Assembly: GCA_020137815.1 (NCBI GenBank)
Contig: CM035358.1
Span: forward strand, 7,006,001-7,070,000
Reading direction: 5' to 3'
Length of the DNA stretch: 64,000 nt
From: Hormiphora californensis
Lineage: Eukaryota; Animalia; Ctenophora
Positions 35,635 to 48,365 of the stretch are shown piece after piece (the first letter of the stretch is position 1; every line of letters begins with the position of its first letter). Position numbers and translations under genes: made by a program. The notes beneath the pieces were generated by a model, which did not search any database, was not told where the DNA came from, and saw only the letters and a list, made by a program, of their open reading frames with translations.

Positions 35635-36351
35635 TTAGTACAATTATTACATGGTACTTCAGAACATATTACAGCTGCCCCCTAGTAGCAAATTAGTACA
35701 ATTTAACACAAATAAAATGACATTGGCACCAGGTTTTCACAATTCAACGATTTGTTTTTTAAGCCTCGACAACAAACGAAATTGAAGGAAGAAGGAACAA
35801 AAGTGAAGGCACACACACACAAAGAGATTATATTTGTAAGTTGATCCGCCTTTAAATCTAATGGACCCCATCTCACTAAGAGATGTGCTATCATCTAACA
35901 TTCCAGACGAGGTGTATTGTCCAGCTGCCTCACGAGACAGCTTCAATCACAGACTGAGCCGACTTGAAATTCGAGGCTCTAAATGTAGTGTCATACAAGC
36001 CTGAGCTAAAGTCATACGAGCCTGAGTTTCTCATATATATTCCAGCCTCTCATCGCATAACAGGTCAGTGAGATAACAGCATGCAGACATTAGGCTTCAG
36101 GGCAAGATTTCCTACAACGAAATCCCTCACGTATTTGCTTCAAACTCAATATCAATGAAACACACTACACAGCTACAGATAGAAGCTTGTACACAGCTAC
36201 AAGCTTGTAACACATAAAAACAAAGCTAACCATGATAAACAATTGAGGCACGTAGCTGATTCTCAACATGTGAGTGTGAGGGAGGGTTTGTGTTTGAAAA
36301 TTGAGGTAATATTCATCAACAAGCATAATCAATAATGCGATACAGATGACA

Positions 36352-36450
36352 CAGTCGGACCCCGATTTAACGGCACCCTCGGGGGAAAGGGATTTGTCCG
36401 TTAAATCGGGGGGCCGATAAATCGGGGGCCGTTAAATCGGGGTCCGACTG
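36352..36450. mobile_element. Tc1/mariner-type MITE (CAGTCGGACCCCGATTTA TIR)
   Basis: 18-bp TIRs; same family at 47931-48027 and 54104-54186, where both flanks are TA. Confidence 0.85.
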
Positions 36451-37696
36451 TACTGACTAAGTGAATAAGGGAGTCACATGGCTTGAGTACGTGGGGAGGG
36501 GGTCACTTAGTATACAACCAGGTGAGTGGTGATTACAGCTATCATCTAGTTGTATGAGATGAGGGTATTGTATTCAAGCTAACATACACATATTGTACTA
36601 AGCGAGACACCTCATATGCCTAAGGGTGAGTGTTGTAATATGTGATTTGTGAGCAGCATGATAAAATGTGCGGGATAGTAAAGGATTTCTGGGGGCGAGA
36701 GGCTCGTAGAGAGAGATAGAGAGAGAGTAGAGATAGAGAGATCGAGAGAGAGCTAGAGAAGTAGATACGCTCTCGAGCGTCCTCGCTCTCTAGCTCTCTT
36801 CGATCATCTCTCCGAGAGAGAGCGCCGCTCTCCTCTCTCTCGCTCGCTCGCTCGCAGCGCTCGCTGCTAGCGCCTCCCTCGCTCTCGCCGCGCTACTCTC
36901 TCTACTCTCTCTCCTCTCTCTCGCTCTCCCTCTCTCTCTCTGCCGCTCGCTCTCTCTCGCGCTCTCTCATGCTCGCTCTCTACGCTCTCTCGATCTCGCT
37001 CTGCTCTCTCATCGCTCTCTCGCGCATCTCTCGCATCCTCTCGCTGCTCTCTCCTCTCTCCTGTCTTTCGCTCGCTATATCATGGCCTTTCCTCTTCTCA
37101 AAAGCAATCCTTCAGTGGAGTTAGACTATGGTCGCGATGACGGATTAACTTTCTAACGCTGAGCTCCGTAGTGTTATCCACACGATTACCGATTACCCAG
37201 AGTTGTATTATGTTAGTCTGTGTGCCAAGCATTTTCACATGTCATGTCAGAGTGGATTAAAGGCAGGAAATTAGAGTCAATAACTACAGATTCAGTGGAA
37301 GTGCAATGAAACGTGTGACACACAGCTTGAGTACGTGGGGGGGGGGGGGGGGGGGGGGGTCACTTAGTATACAACCAGGTGAGTGGTGATTACAGCTATC
37401 ATAATTGTATGAGATGAGGGTATTGTATTCAAGCTAACATATTGTAGCTTAGTCGAGACCCTCATATGCCTAAGGGGAGTGTTTAGGATATGTGATTTGT
37501 GGAGCAGCATGATAAAATGTGCCCCCCCCCCACCCCCCCCCCACCCACACCCGGGATAGTAAGTAAAGGATAGTAATGTCCTTGGCTAGAATAGATACTA
37601 AGATATCTCACTATCCGATCTATCTCTCGATCTAGACCTATCGATAGTCTCTCTCTCTCTCGATCGCTCTCTCCCCTCTGCTGGCTCTCTCTCCTC

Positions 37697-37737
<41 letters not shown>

Positions 37738-38390
37738 CGTCTCTCGCTTCTCTCTCTCGCGCTCTCTCTCTCTCGCTCTCCGTTCTTCTCTTCTTCTATG
37801 TCCATTTAATAATTCTCGCATAATTATGGAGTTAGACTTGGTCGAGAGATGACGGATATAAATTATAAAGCTGAGCTCCGTATGTGTTATACACACACGA
37901 TTACACGATTACACAGAGTTAGTAAATGTATAGTTAGTCTCCGTGTGCCAAGCATAACATGCATGGTCAGAGTGGATTAAAGGCAGGAAAATTAGAGTCA
38001 ATAACTACAGATTCAGTGGAAGTGCAATGAAACGTGTGACACACAGCATCAAGACTCACACACTGAAAAACAGAGAAAGAGAAGCTAAAAAACAGAGAAA
38101 AAGAAAGAAAGAGAAACAAAAAATATATCAAAAGTGTGTATAAAGTGGGAGAGATACTATGAGTCATGAGGTGATCTGATAGGAAGAAAAAGAAGAAACA
38201 CACATTGGGTTGGGGCCTGCAGCAGGGGGCTGAAAATATGTAACAACACAGAGAAAGAAGGAGAGACACAGAGAGAAAGGCCCTTGGACTCCACCCCCCT
38301 CCCTTTCTGAGAGGGGGAGGGGTGGAGCCTAGCTGAGTGATAGACTACATTAACCTTCTTGTAGAAGGAAAAGAGAAAGATTTATATATG

Positions 38391-39066
38391 AGGCATAAAC
38401 TCTGGCCACTGGCGCGTTATTTCAGATAACTTTCTCCCAGCGCGCCGCTGGGAGAAGTTAGCTGGAGTTTATCCGCCGCTGGCGGATAAACTGGTTTAAA
38501 TCACGACGACGATCCCGAGGCGGAGCCGAGGGAGAGGCGGAGGGGTTTAAACCTATAACGTGCCAGTGGTCAGAGTTTATGGGTTATATACCCTGCTTTA
38601 GTTGTTTATTTCAAGTATTACACACCAACAAGAGAGAGAACACTAATCAAAACACACAAAGAGAACTGAGAAATAGTTAAAAACACGTCACAATTGAGTG
38701 TACACTGTTTGGTAACAGTTACTAAGCAGTTGCTAAGGAAAGAGAGTGAAAGAAATAGCCTGATAAGGGGCATGTCACAAATAACACAGAGAAAGAGATA
38801 GTGAGACAAAAGGGGAGATAAAGAGAGAGTAATTGACGGAATGTGTCCTTTCTTTCTCTCCAATGTAGTGTGTAAGTGTTGCACATAGTGTTCCCTCTGT
38901 ATTTTAGTAAGAACTGATCATTTACACACACTTTGAATGTTACGTAGGAGTTAAAAATAAATAACCTGCCAGTGGGAAATAATCTGCCGCTGGACTGGCT
39001 GTTTACTGAGAGCGCGCTAGTGGGACTTCTCGCCACTGGCGCATTATTTAAGTTAGCAGGGTATAT
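38391..39066 (-). mobile_element. Second copy of the ~650-bp double-foldback repeat at 10755-11410
   Basis: Reverse-complement similarity along its whole length, also visible as near-identical spurious ORFs in the ORF track. Confidence 0.8.
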
Positions 39067-40135
39067 AGTTGCACAACGAAAGATTTACAGTTGCACAACG
39101 AGATGCAGAGAGATAGTGTGTAAGCTGGGTTTGCAGTGTATAACACTCTCTGTGTGGTGCACTAAACTAAACTTCTTGTAGTACCTAGTTTGTACTTCAT
39201 TACATCCACAAAATTTGGTAAAATTAAAATTGAAGCCGCTAAATCAAAGAACATACATAAAAGTTTGGCATGGAGTTATAGTGTATGTCTGCATTTCCGG
39301 CCTACACTTTGGTATGTAAACAGCCCTGACCAACAGTATTCTATGCCAAAATTTCAACAACCAAACTAAAACACGGTAGCAGAAACTCTAGAAGAAATTT
39401 CCAGCTATATCTGCTTCCTTTCCCATCTCTTTTCCTATCTAAACACGCCACTACGAATCTACGAACGCCACTAATGCACCAAATTCTGGCCCCGATTCCC
39501 ATCTAAAAACACGTCAAAAATACTACACGGTGTTGTACTGTTCGAGTCTGCGTGCGATAAGAAGAAGGGGTAACAAGAGGAAAAGAAAATACTGCAACAC
39601 AATAAGCTAGCCTAGTAGGGTACTGCAGCAGCTGTATTGATGCCGTCAGGGGTAGTTCTTTCTTTGTTTCACGTGTAAAATATTTAGATAACGGGGGGGG
39701 GGGGGGTGATTCTCCTGTCTTAATTTAGGTTTCAGATATATTTCATGTCTCCCTAAACCTAATTTGCGAGCAGAGGTTATCTACTATTATTCAGTAATGC
39801 CAAGTTGGATTGATAGACACTAAAAAGGCCTGTTTACTACAACAGTTAAACCTTGTGGATAGCTGCAACGGTAGGGAAGACTTGGTTACGAAATAACTAA
39901 TCGCGCTGGCAAGGGAGGGGTAACTTCGTTACCAAAGGGGCCGAGACCAAATGGGGACTTGTTGAGTAACCCCTAACTCAACAAGGGGGGGGGGCATAAA
40001 TTAAAATAAGAGAGATATGTGGACATAACAAATGGGGACAAAATTAAAATAAGAGAGATATATAATAACGAAGACCAAGAGAGCTACTGGTATGTTGATC
40101 TGTCAGACAGTGAAATTTAGCAAAGAGTTCTATAA

Positions 40136-40214
<79 letters not shown>

Positions 40215-40333
40215 GAGAGAAAGAGAGAAAGAGAGACCGGGAAAGGTGCAAAGTGCACCTGGCAGTGCTGTGTAAATGATCCAGGCGTGGCTATGAGAAA
40301 CGTCACAACTAACTAACGTAACCATCTCTCTAT

Positions 40334-40399
<66 letters not shown>

Positions 40400-43300
40400 A
40401 TCTCTCTCACTCTATCTCTCCATCTCTCTCTCCCCCTCTCTCTTTCTCTCAATCTCATGAGGTGAGTGTGGAAGACGGAGGGACGAACAAAAAATGGTTG
40501 GTTTGAGCTCTTTTTCCTATTAAACACGAACTAAGCGCTCAATTAGATCAGTCCCATGTAAAGCCTTGTGTGAGGCTAATTAAAGATCCAGTAAAGCCTT
40601 GTGAGGGTTGACAAGGGTTGACAAGGTCTACATGACAGTGGCTTTGTGAACTTAGCTCAGTAATAAACTTAAATAAACTTAATTTAACCATGTTAATGAA
40701 CCAAAGCTAAGCAATTTAATTGTGACTTTAAGGTTTCTCTTTGACAGCTACTACTAAACTAGTGATCAGATAGCTAGTGAACAAGCTCCATATTGTCCAA
40801 AGGGACGACACTGAAGGGCGAGGCTAGCCCTTCAACAATATCACAAAGATATGAGGTACACTATGGGCTTGTTGAGGCTTACCCCTTACAACCATGGGTT
40901 GACATTTAGAAAGAGGTACTGCTAGAAAGAAATGAGGGCCAAATAGAAGATGAATAATTTGGAGGTGTGTGCTGTAACAAAGGATGCTATTGTGTGCCAT
41001 TGTTACTCGCTGCCAACATGTGTGCACAAAGCCATACCTTCCCCGTGAAAAGAGAGAGAAGGGGGGAAGAGTGGAAAGTGAGTGCGAGAGGACACGAGCA
41101 GAGAGAGAGAGAGAGAGAGATATAGAGGAGCCTGCTCTCTCTGCGCGCGCTGCGCTCGATCTCTATAGAGATCTCAGAGCGTAACTATCTATATAATTAT
41201 GAACATATAAATACAGTATACACGTGATGACAATACACTTACAGCAATAATTCTACTGTGCAAATTACACTGCAATAGCTACTCAAATTTCAACTTACCC
41301 AATTTTTTTCGCTTCCTCTTGACAGGCGTTTGCGTGGCGCATGCCTATGGGTGCGTAAGGCGTCCGACACAGCATTGCTCGTAGTTTTAAATTTTAAAAA
41401 AAATAAAAAAGGTATCACTCGGTATGGTTACCATGGTTACCAATTTAGCTACGTCATCTGGTTCAATTTTTGTACATAAACATGGTTACCCAAATTTTTG
41501 CTACGCTATGGTTCCATTTTTAGCTACGTATATGGTTACCAATTTAGCCCAATATATGGTTACCATGGTTCCCGGGAGAACATCGTTTCAGAGATTCCTA
41601 TTCCCCCTCCACCGTCGTCAAGATTACCATAGTTACCTCCTCCACCGGATACCTCCACTTCCACCTCCTCTAGGGAGGTAGCAGGGTCCAGTTTCAGAGG
41701 GGTTTCCCCCCTTAATCCTTTGATTAAGGTAGGACACGGGTAGAGGGAAGGGGAGTTGGGTTAGGAGGAAGGGGAATGGGTTTAAAAGGGAGGGGAAGGG
41801 GAACTTGGGCAAGAGGGTCGGGGGGGGGAAAGGGGAAGAGGAATTGGATTGAGGTGGGGCCTTTAGGGGAAGGGGGGAACTTGGATTACGGGAAGAGGTT
41901 TGGTTAGAGAGGAAAGGGGGGCCTTTGGGTTAGAGAGGGTCGGGCTAGAGGGAAGGGGAACTTGGGTTAGACTTTAGAAGGAAGGGGGAGTTTGGGTTGA
42001 GGGGGGGGGGATGGGTAAGAGGGCGGGCTATGGGGAAGGGGGGTTTGGGCTATGTAGGGGGGCTGTCAGTGAAGCTAAGCTATGACCCAAATTTTAAAAG
42101 AAATAAAACGGGGAAAATTGGTTGTTCTCTATAAGGAACAGTGTCAGGCAATTCAAGGGGGACTTCCCGGGAAGTAGTTATGTAGTTGTCAGATTACGCG
42201 ACCCTGTGCGAAGCGAGGGTTACGAAATTGTGTACCCATGTCACTTCGTTAGAGCAAGAAAGGAGGAGGCGCATGAGAGGGATTTGTAATGAGAAAAACA
42301 AACCATCAAACTCAAGAGAGGAAGAGCCGATTGAACGAAGTGAACTGACGATCAAAGATAGGGGGCTACAAGAACAAGTCAAGCGGTCACAGAGAGAAGT
42401 TTGAAGAGGGGGAGAGGAGAAGGAGAGGAGGGGAGAGAGAGAGAAGGAGAGAGAGGGAGAGGAGAGAGAAGAGAAAAACCCGTGACGCTATGCTGGGAAA
42501 GAGTCTTAAATGTGTCAGAACACGAAAAAAAAAATTAAAAAGAGATAAATTTTTTAGAAAATTTTTAAACCCTTTTCCCGAAAACACTAAAAATTTTTTT
42601 TATATTACTCTAAAATCCTCCCTTTTCTCTTACTTTTTCTTGGATTATTTTTCTCTCTGCACTTGGGGTTCCGGGCCCAGAAAACAAGGGGTTTGGGACA
42701 CCCAAAAAAAAACAACCAGTTATAACAACGTACACCAAGGGGGACGGAATAGCAGCCTCTTCTATTTTTTATCTCCCCTCTTTTCCTTACCTTTTTCTCT
42801 TTCTTACCCCTTCACTCTATCTTCTTCTCTTCTCTCTCTTCTCCCTCCCACTTTCTCCCAAAATATTCTTTGGGCTGAAAAGAAATTCCCTAAAAGCGTC
42901 CACGCCCCAAAAATGACAAGACACAACCTGATAACCCTTTTTGTTTGAATGCGGGAGATGGTTCAGTAAATATTGAGAGATTGGGCCCTATAAGGGGTAA
43001 AGAGAAGTGGAAAAAGATAGAAAAAAAAAATAAAAAAGAGGAAAAAAGATAGGAAAAATAAAGAAAGATTGGAGATCGGAGAGTACTAAGAAAACAGACA
43101 ATGATGGAATTAAGAAGTAGGAAGGAAACGAAAACCGGGAAAAGTGTGTTTTGTTCAAACCTTTTTATTTCATTTTATAAACCCGGGGCGCGGGGAGGGG
43201 GTCGAAAAGGAAAGAAAAAAGGAGGGGGGTTCAACAGGACAAAAATTTCTTTGTAATCTTGAACTCAGGTAACAGGGGAAAAAATTTGGTTAGTAGAAAA

Positions 43301-46300
43301 ATAAGTTTTACAACTTTAAGAGAATGTGTACAGACAGTCAGAGATGAAGTTACACGGGAATTTCAGCTGGCCCCGGAGTTTCATTTCAGCTGAATTTAAG
43401 AAGGGGTCGGATTTCAAACAATGAAAAGGGGGAACCGGGAACACTTACATTTAAAACATTTACACCACGGGCAGCTTATTAACGTGAAATGCAGGCAATG
43501 TATTGTTAAACAACCCCACAAAACACGATGGGGTCCCATACAAACAAAGATGTGTGTCACACAAAGGGAAGATTAGAAAACAAGGGGGATCAGTCAGTTA
43601 AATTTCTTTTAAAACATAAAAGAAGAAATATCGTTAAGAAAACATTATCCCCTCTCCTTCTCTTTCCTCGCTCCTTAGAACCCCGGTTTACAACAAAAAG
43701 GTGGGGGCGATTTTAAAAATTTTTTAAAAAACCCCGGTCATACCAAAGCGGACCCCCCGTTCGCGAGAAAAGGGTCGGCCCCAAGCTTGACTGCAAACCA
43801 CTACCCAGTTTTTTTTTTTTTTCGGCATTTTTTGTTTTTTTCAGGGATAACTGCTTGAGAAGTTTTAGTCATGCAAGATATCATGGCTAAGAGGGAACAT
43901 GTTAAGTTGAATTTAACTGTCTCACAAATCAACTGTCAAGTTGAAAATGAATATATGTGAAAAAAGAGATAAAGTTGCGAGGGGTGGGTGTTTGTTTAAC
44001 CTTCCCTTTACTCGGGAAAAGGGGGAAAGGGTGGCGGAATTAAAACCATGAAAACCATGGGATTATTCAGCAAATGGGGGATACCCATCTTTTTTAAACT
44101 GTGCGGTCGAGCTGATAACGATCAGACAATTTAAACAGAACTTTCATACAATATAGTGCGTAGGGGGAAAAAAAAGCTCTAAAAAACCATCGGCCCCGTT
44201 TTGGGCCCCCGTTTTAGGGGCACCCGTTTTAGTGGAGGTTTTTTTCCCCCCGAGGATCCCATAAATCGGGGTCCAACGTAGCACACCCAACTACAGCCCC
44301 CAAACCAGGGGCCCTCGGGGGGGGGGGAGGGGGGGTGCTGAAATACAAAATGGTAATGGGGACACTCGACGGGGGAAACCCCGGGGGGGGGGGGGTTTGA
44401 AGTGTGTTGCAATTTCCAATTCCCTAAATAAGGACATTGTTGAAATCCAAAAAAGGGGGGTTTTTTGTCCCAATTTTTATAGCAGTAAAACTAGATAAAC
44501 ACGTCGAGGTAAATTGAAAATGAAATTGAGCGAGGTTTTGTGAATGGAATCATCTTTTGATTTCCACGTTTATTTCCTTAGGTTTCCCCCGACACAGTGT
44601 TTTTATTTTTTTGGTGGGGGAACCCCGGCAAACATGAGACAAAGGCAATATTTTTTTTTTTACTCTCTCTTCTTTTCCTCTCCTCTCTCTTCTCCTCCTC
44701 TTCTTTCCTTTCTTCTCTCTCTCTTCTCTCTGTCTCACTATATATCTCTCTATCACAGAGAATGAACACACATGCAATCCATCGAGTAATCAAGTTCAGC
44801 AAACCACACGATGAAAATTGTCACACACAAAACTCTCTCAATGATAACTTTCATCTTAAACTTACTATGACCATTGGAAACAAATGATATTGAAAATGTA
44901 TAGAGCCCTATACATTTGGATTATGGAATGTACCTATAGCTATAGGAACATGATTTAAACAATTTGAGGTCAAAATATACTGCTGTGATACTGCTGTGAT
45001 ATTTAAATCATTTTTACAGGCAATGTACATATGGATTATGGAATGTATAAACGATATATATCACTACTCAAAGATGCAGCTGCAGTTGTACTATCACATG
45101 CTACACTGCCAGCCCTCATTGTACACTAATTGTTTCATCACACTAATTACACGCTTATTGAAACTCGATGAAAGGAAACAAGGAGAGAGAGAGTCTTTGT
45201 AGTTCTAGTTGGAGGAGGAGACACGAAAACGAGTTTTGAAAACCTTGTGGGTGTAGTAACACAATGAAAACCGAGAAAACAGAAGAGGAATAGGGAGAGG
45301 GAGAGCGAGTCGAGGGAAATAGAGAGATGAGGGAGCGACAGAGAGGGAAAGAGAGACTAAAGATAGAAATATATAGAGAGCATCAGTGGGGAGAGAAGAT
45401 AGCTTCAAATGATGGGGGTGTGTATGTAGCCAGCAACAGAGCATTACACAGGAGAAGCTCACATTACATTGCTCCAGAGTCAGCTATAACGGAGCTCTCT
45501 CTCTCTCTCACACACACGATGAACACACGCACACACACACACTCTCTCTCTCTATGATCTCTCTAACTTTCTCTCTCTTTCTCTCTCTTTCTCTTTTCTC
45601 TATCGTTCTCTCCCTCCCTTAGTTGCTGCAGTAGTAACCAGCATTTAACACAGACAGAGAGCTCAGAGAGAGAGGAAAAACATGTTAAGAAATCACACAA
45701 CAGTTGTTCAAAGGAGTTGTGAAGTCATTACAGTTGCCATAACAACGAGACATGATCTCCAGGGAATTATGCATCGAATTATATTTTCTCTCTTTTTCTG
45801 AGTGATCGTGATTATAGTGATTCGGACGGATATATTCAAGACTCAATCAAACTCTGGCGGCAGGTGACTATAATAACAGACATCAGTAGATATAACACTG
45901 TCAGAGCATTGGCCTGACAGATATAACACATGATCATGTCTAGGCCGGATAGCTTAAGGCTTTGTTTTTGTTGAATTAAGATCAAACATAGCGGTGTGTG
46001 ACAATAATAGTACATGAAGGATAGTTGCAGAGAGCACATGTGTTGTACAGGAGGGATACGGTAGGGAAACCTAATGTTGAAGACCTGCTCTCTCCTCTCT
46101 CGTCCTTCTCTCTCTTTCTCTTCGCTGCTGTGTGATGCTGTTGAGTACTCTAGTAGTAGTATAGCCACTCAAAAGAGAATAGGTCCATCATTGTAAGCCA
46201 AACAGAAATAACAGTTATGAAGAAAAACGATCAACACTATCGAGTGTTCACAGTCACACGCTCTCTCATGCCTTCTGCAGCCTCTCTCATGCCTTCTGCA

Positions 46301-47604
46301 GTCTCTCTCTCATAGTCTCATGCCTTCTGCAGTCTCTCTCATTTCTCATGCCTTCTGCAGTCTCTCTCATAGTCTCAGTTCTGTTTTTTCCACTGGATGT
46401 GGGAAACTTGATTTGACTGCCACTATTGTCAAGTTCACTAGTATTTCCCACGACTGCACACAGTGCAGTCTTGCACGTGTATTGGGATGTTCTAGGAACT
46501 AACACGTCGACTTGTAGTGACGGAAGAAAACGGATATGGAAAACGGAAGAAAGTAAGACGAACGCACACCGTGGTGCAAACAGGTGCGCTAGTAGGCGAA
46601 ACACATCATTTCTGATTCGCGCGCGTATTAGCAATGCGTGCGTCTCCTTACTGTATTTATTACGGTATACGACTACAAGCAGACACTGGTAATTGCGTGT
46701 TTGTTGAAATTTCAAAATTTTAATTTTTTTTCTCGATTTCCACCCGATTTTTTGTAACCGAAAACAAGGGGGTTCCCACACAGTGGCATTGCGATCCTTA
46801 GTGTCTCACGTTTGGGCGTGAAAACTCGCGATATCATAAATAATTACCAATAACCTAAACAGAAAAAAAATGATTACATAGCACGATCATTCCGAACTCT
46901 TAGCGACCCGCACACAACAGTACATTGGGTGACGAAAAAAGAAGGGAAGGTGTTGGCTCACCATTGAACTTTACTAATATACCAGTTTACTAATGTAAGT
47001 TACAAACACACTTTACACATGGTCATTACATGATTGTTTGGGCCCCCGAGAAGTGAGAGAGAGGAGAGAGAGAGGGAGAGAGGAGGAGAGAGAGAGATAA
47101 CAAATATAACAGAGTGGATAAATCTAGCCTTATTGTTACTTCAATCACTGCATCTCACAGTCCGAACCTCACCCTGACTGCAAGCATTGGCTTCCCTCCC
47201 GATCAAGTTCACGTGAGCAGAGAATTTGTCAAGCATGCCTACAGGAAATTTTTACAGAAAGATACGAAACTATGTTGATAGATATTCAACTCGCCATTTA
47301 GATAGAATATTGGCAACGAGGTTACCCCTTCCTTGCCAGCGCACGAAGGTCGGGGTTATAATTAGTAGATAGAGCGGGGATCGAGCAATGGAGTCAACTT
47401 ACCACACATTGTGGAGGAATCAGGAAACTCCGACACCAAAACAAGCATCTCTTGTTCCCTTGTACTTCATATGTCATCACCTATAAGAAGAACATTATAT
47501 ATTCATTGAAGTCATGTGGGTGGATTCAAGTTACAAAATAAGATCAAATTAGAATAAAACGCTGATAAATATCTGTGCTGGTTGGATAAAGCAGTTTCAT
47601 AGTA

Positions 47605-47818
47605 GGGTAGCGACTGGCTATTTGAAATGGCGGCTAATTTGAAACACCCCCTCTACAGGCCAGCAGGTGCACCAGATTTGGATTTTTAGACATCAGTGGG
47701 CTAGTCAGAACTCATGCCAAGCCCACTGATGTCTAAAAATCCAAATCTGGTGCACTTGCTGGCCAGTAGAGGGGGTGTTTCAAATTAGCCGCCATTTCAA
47801 ATAGCCAGTCGCTACGCT
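47605..47818. mobile_element. Foldback MITE with ~95-bp TIRs
   Basis: tagcgactggctatttgaaatggcggctaatttgaaacaccccctcta... is mirrored almost perfectly around a short loop near 47703-47720. Confidence 0.85.
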
Positions 47819-47821
47819 ATA

Positions 47822-48132
47822 CAGTCAAACCTCGATTTACCGTACATCTATTTACCGGACCTTCGATTTATCCGACGGATTAATTTCCCCCATTTTAGCT
47901 TTTTATGTGAAGCAAAACTTATTACATATACAGTCGGACCCCGATTTAGTGGCATCCTTGGGGGAAAATCCTGCCACTAAATCGGGGTGCCACTAAATCG
48001 GGGTGCCACTAAATCGGGGTCCGACTGTATATGTATCTACTATCTACCGTGCACCTCGATACCCCCTCGATAATTTATCGATCATTAATATACTTCACCC
48101 GAAAAAGAGTCAGGTAAATCGAGGTTTGTCTG
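47822..48132. mobile_element. Tc1/mariner-type MITE (CAGTCAAACCTCGATTTACC TIR, TA TSD) containing a nested smaller MITE at 47931-48027
   Basis: TIRs and TA flanks visible for both the outer and the inner element. Confidence 0.88.
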
Positions 48133-48365
48133 TAATACATGGTAGTCAAGCGGGAACAACAATAATGTACAAACACATAAAACTTATATCTCTCTGGTAA
48201 ACATGCAGTAAACACACACACTGCAATAAACACTCTTATCTCTAAATAAATACTCTATAATGACTCATAAAATGCTATCTCTAAATAATAAATATGATAA
48301 TCACTAAGACTGAATACATTCATCACAGTTACTGGTTAAATTTGTTGAGTTTCAACAAGATTACA

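Noticed and set aside
36480-38045. ~800-bp tandem duplication
   Set aside because: The two copies differ by indel-type noise around a GA/CT tract; most likely redundant low-quality reads.
43845-43895. Faint resemblance to the 18S rRNA 5' end
   Set aside because: Only a few short words match, in a noisy region, with no continuation.
46080-47480. Possible minus-strand gene with exon-like segments
   Set aside because: Splice-like sites are present, but no consistent reading frame or recognisable protein could be assembled.
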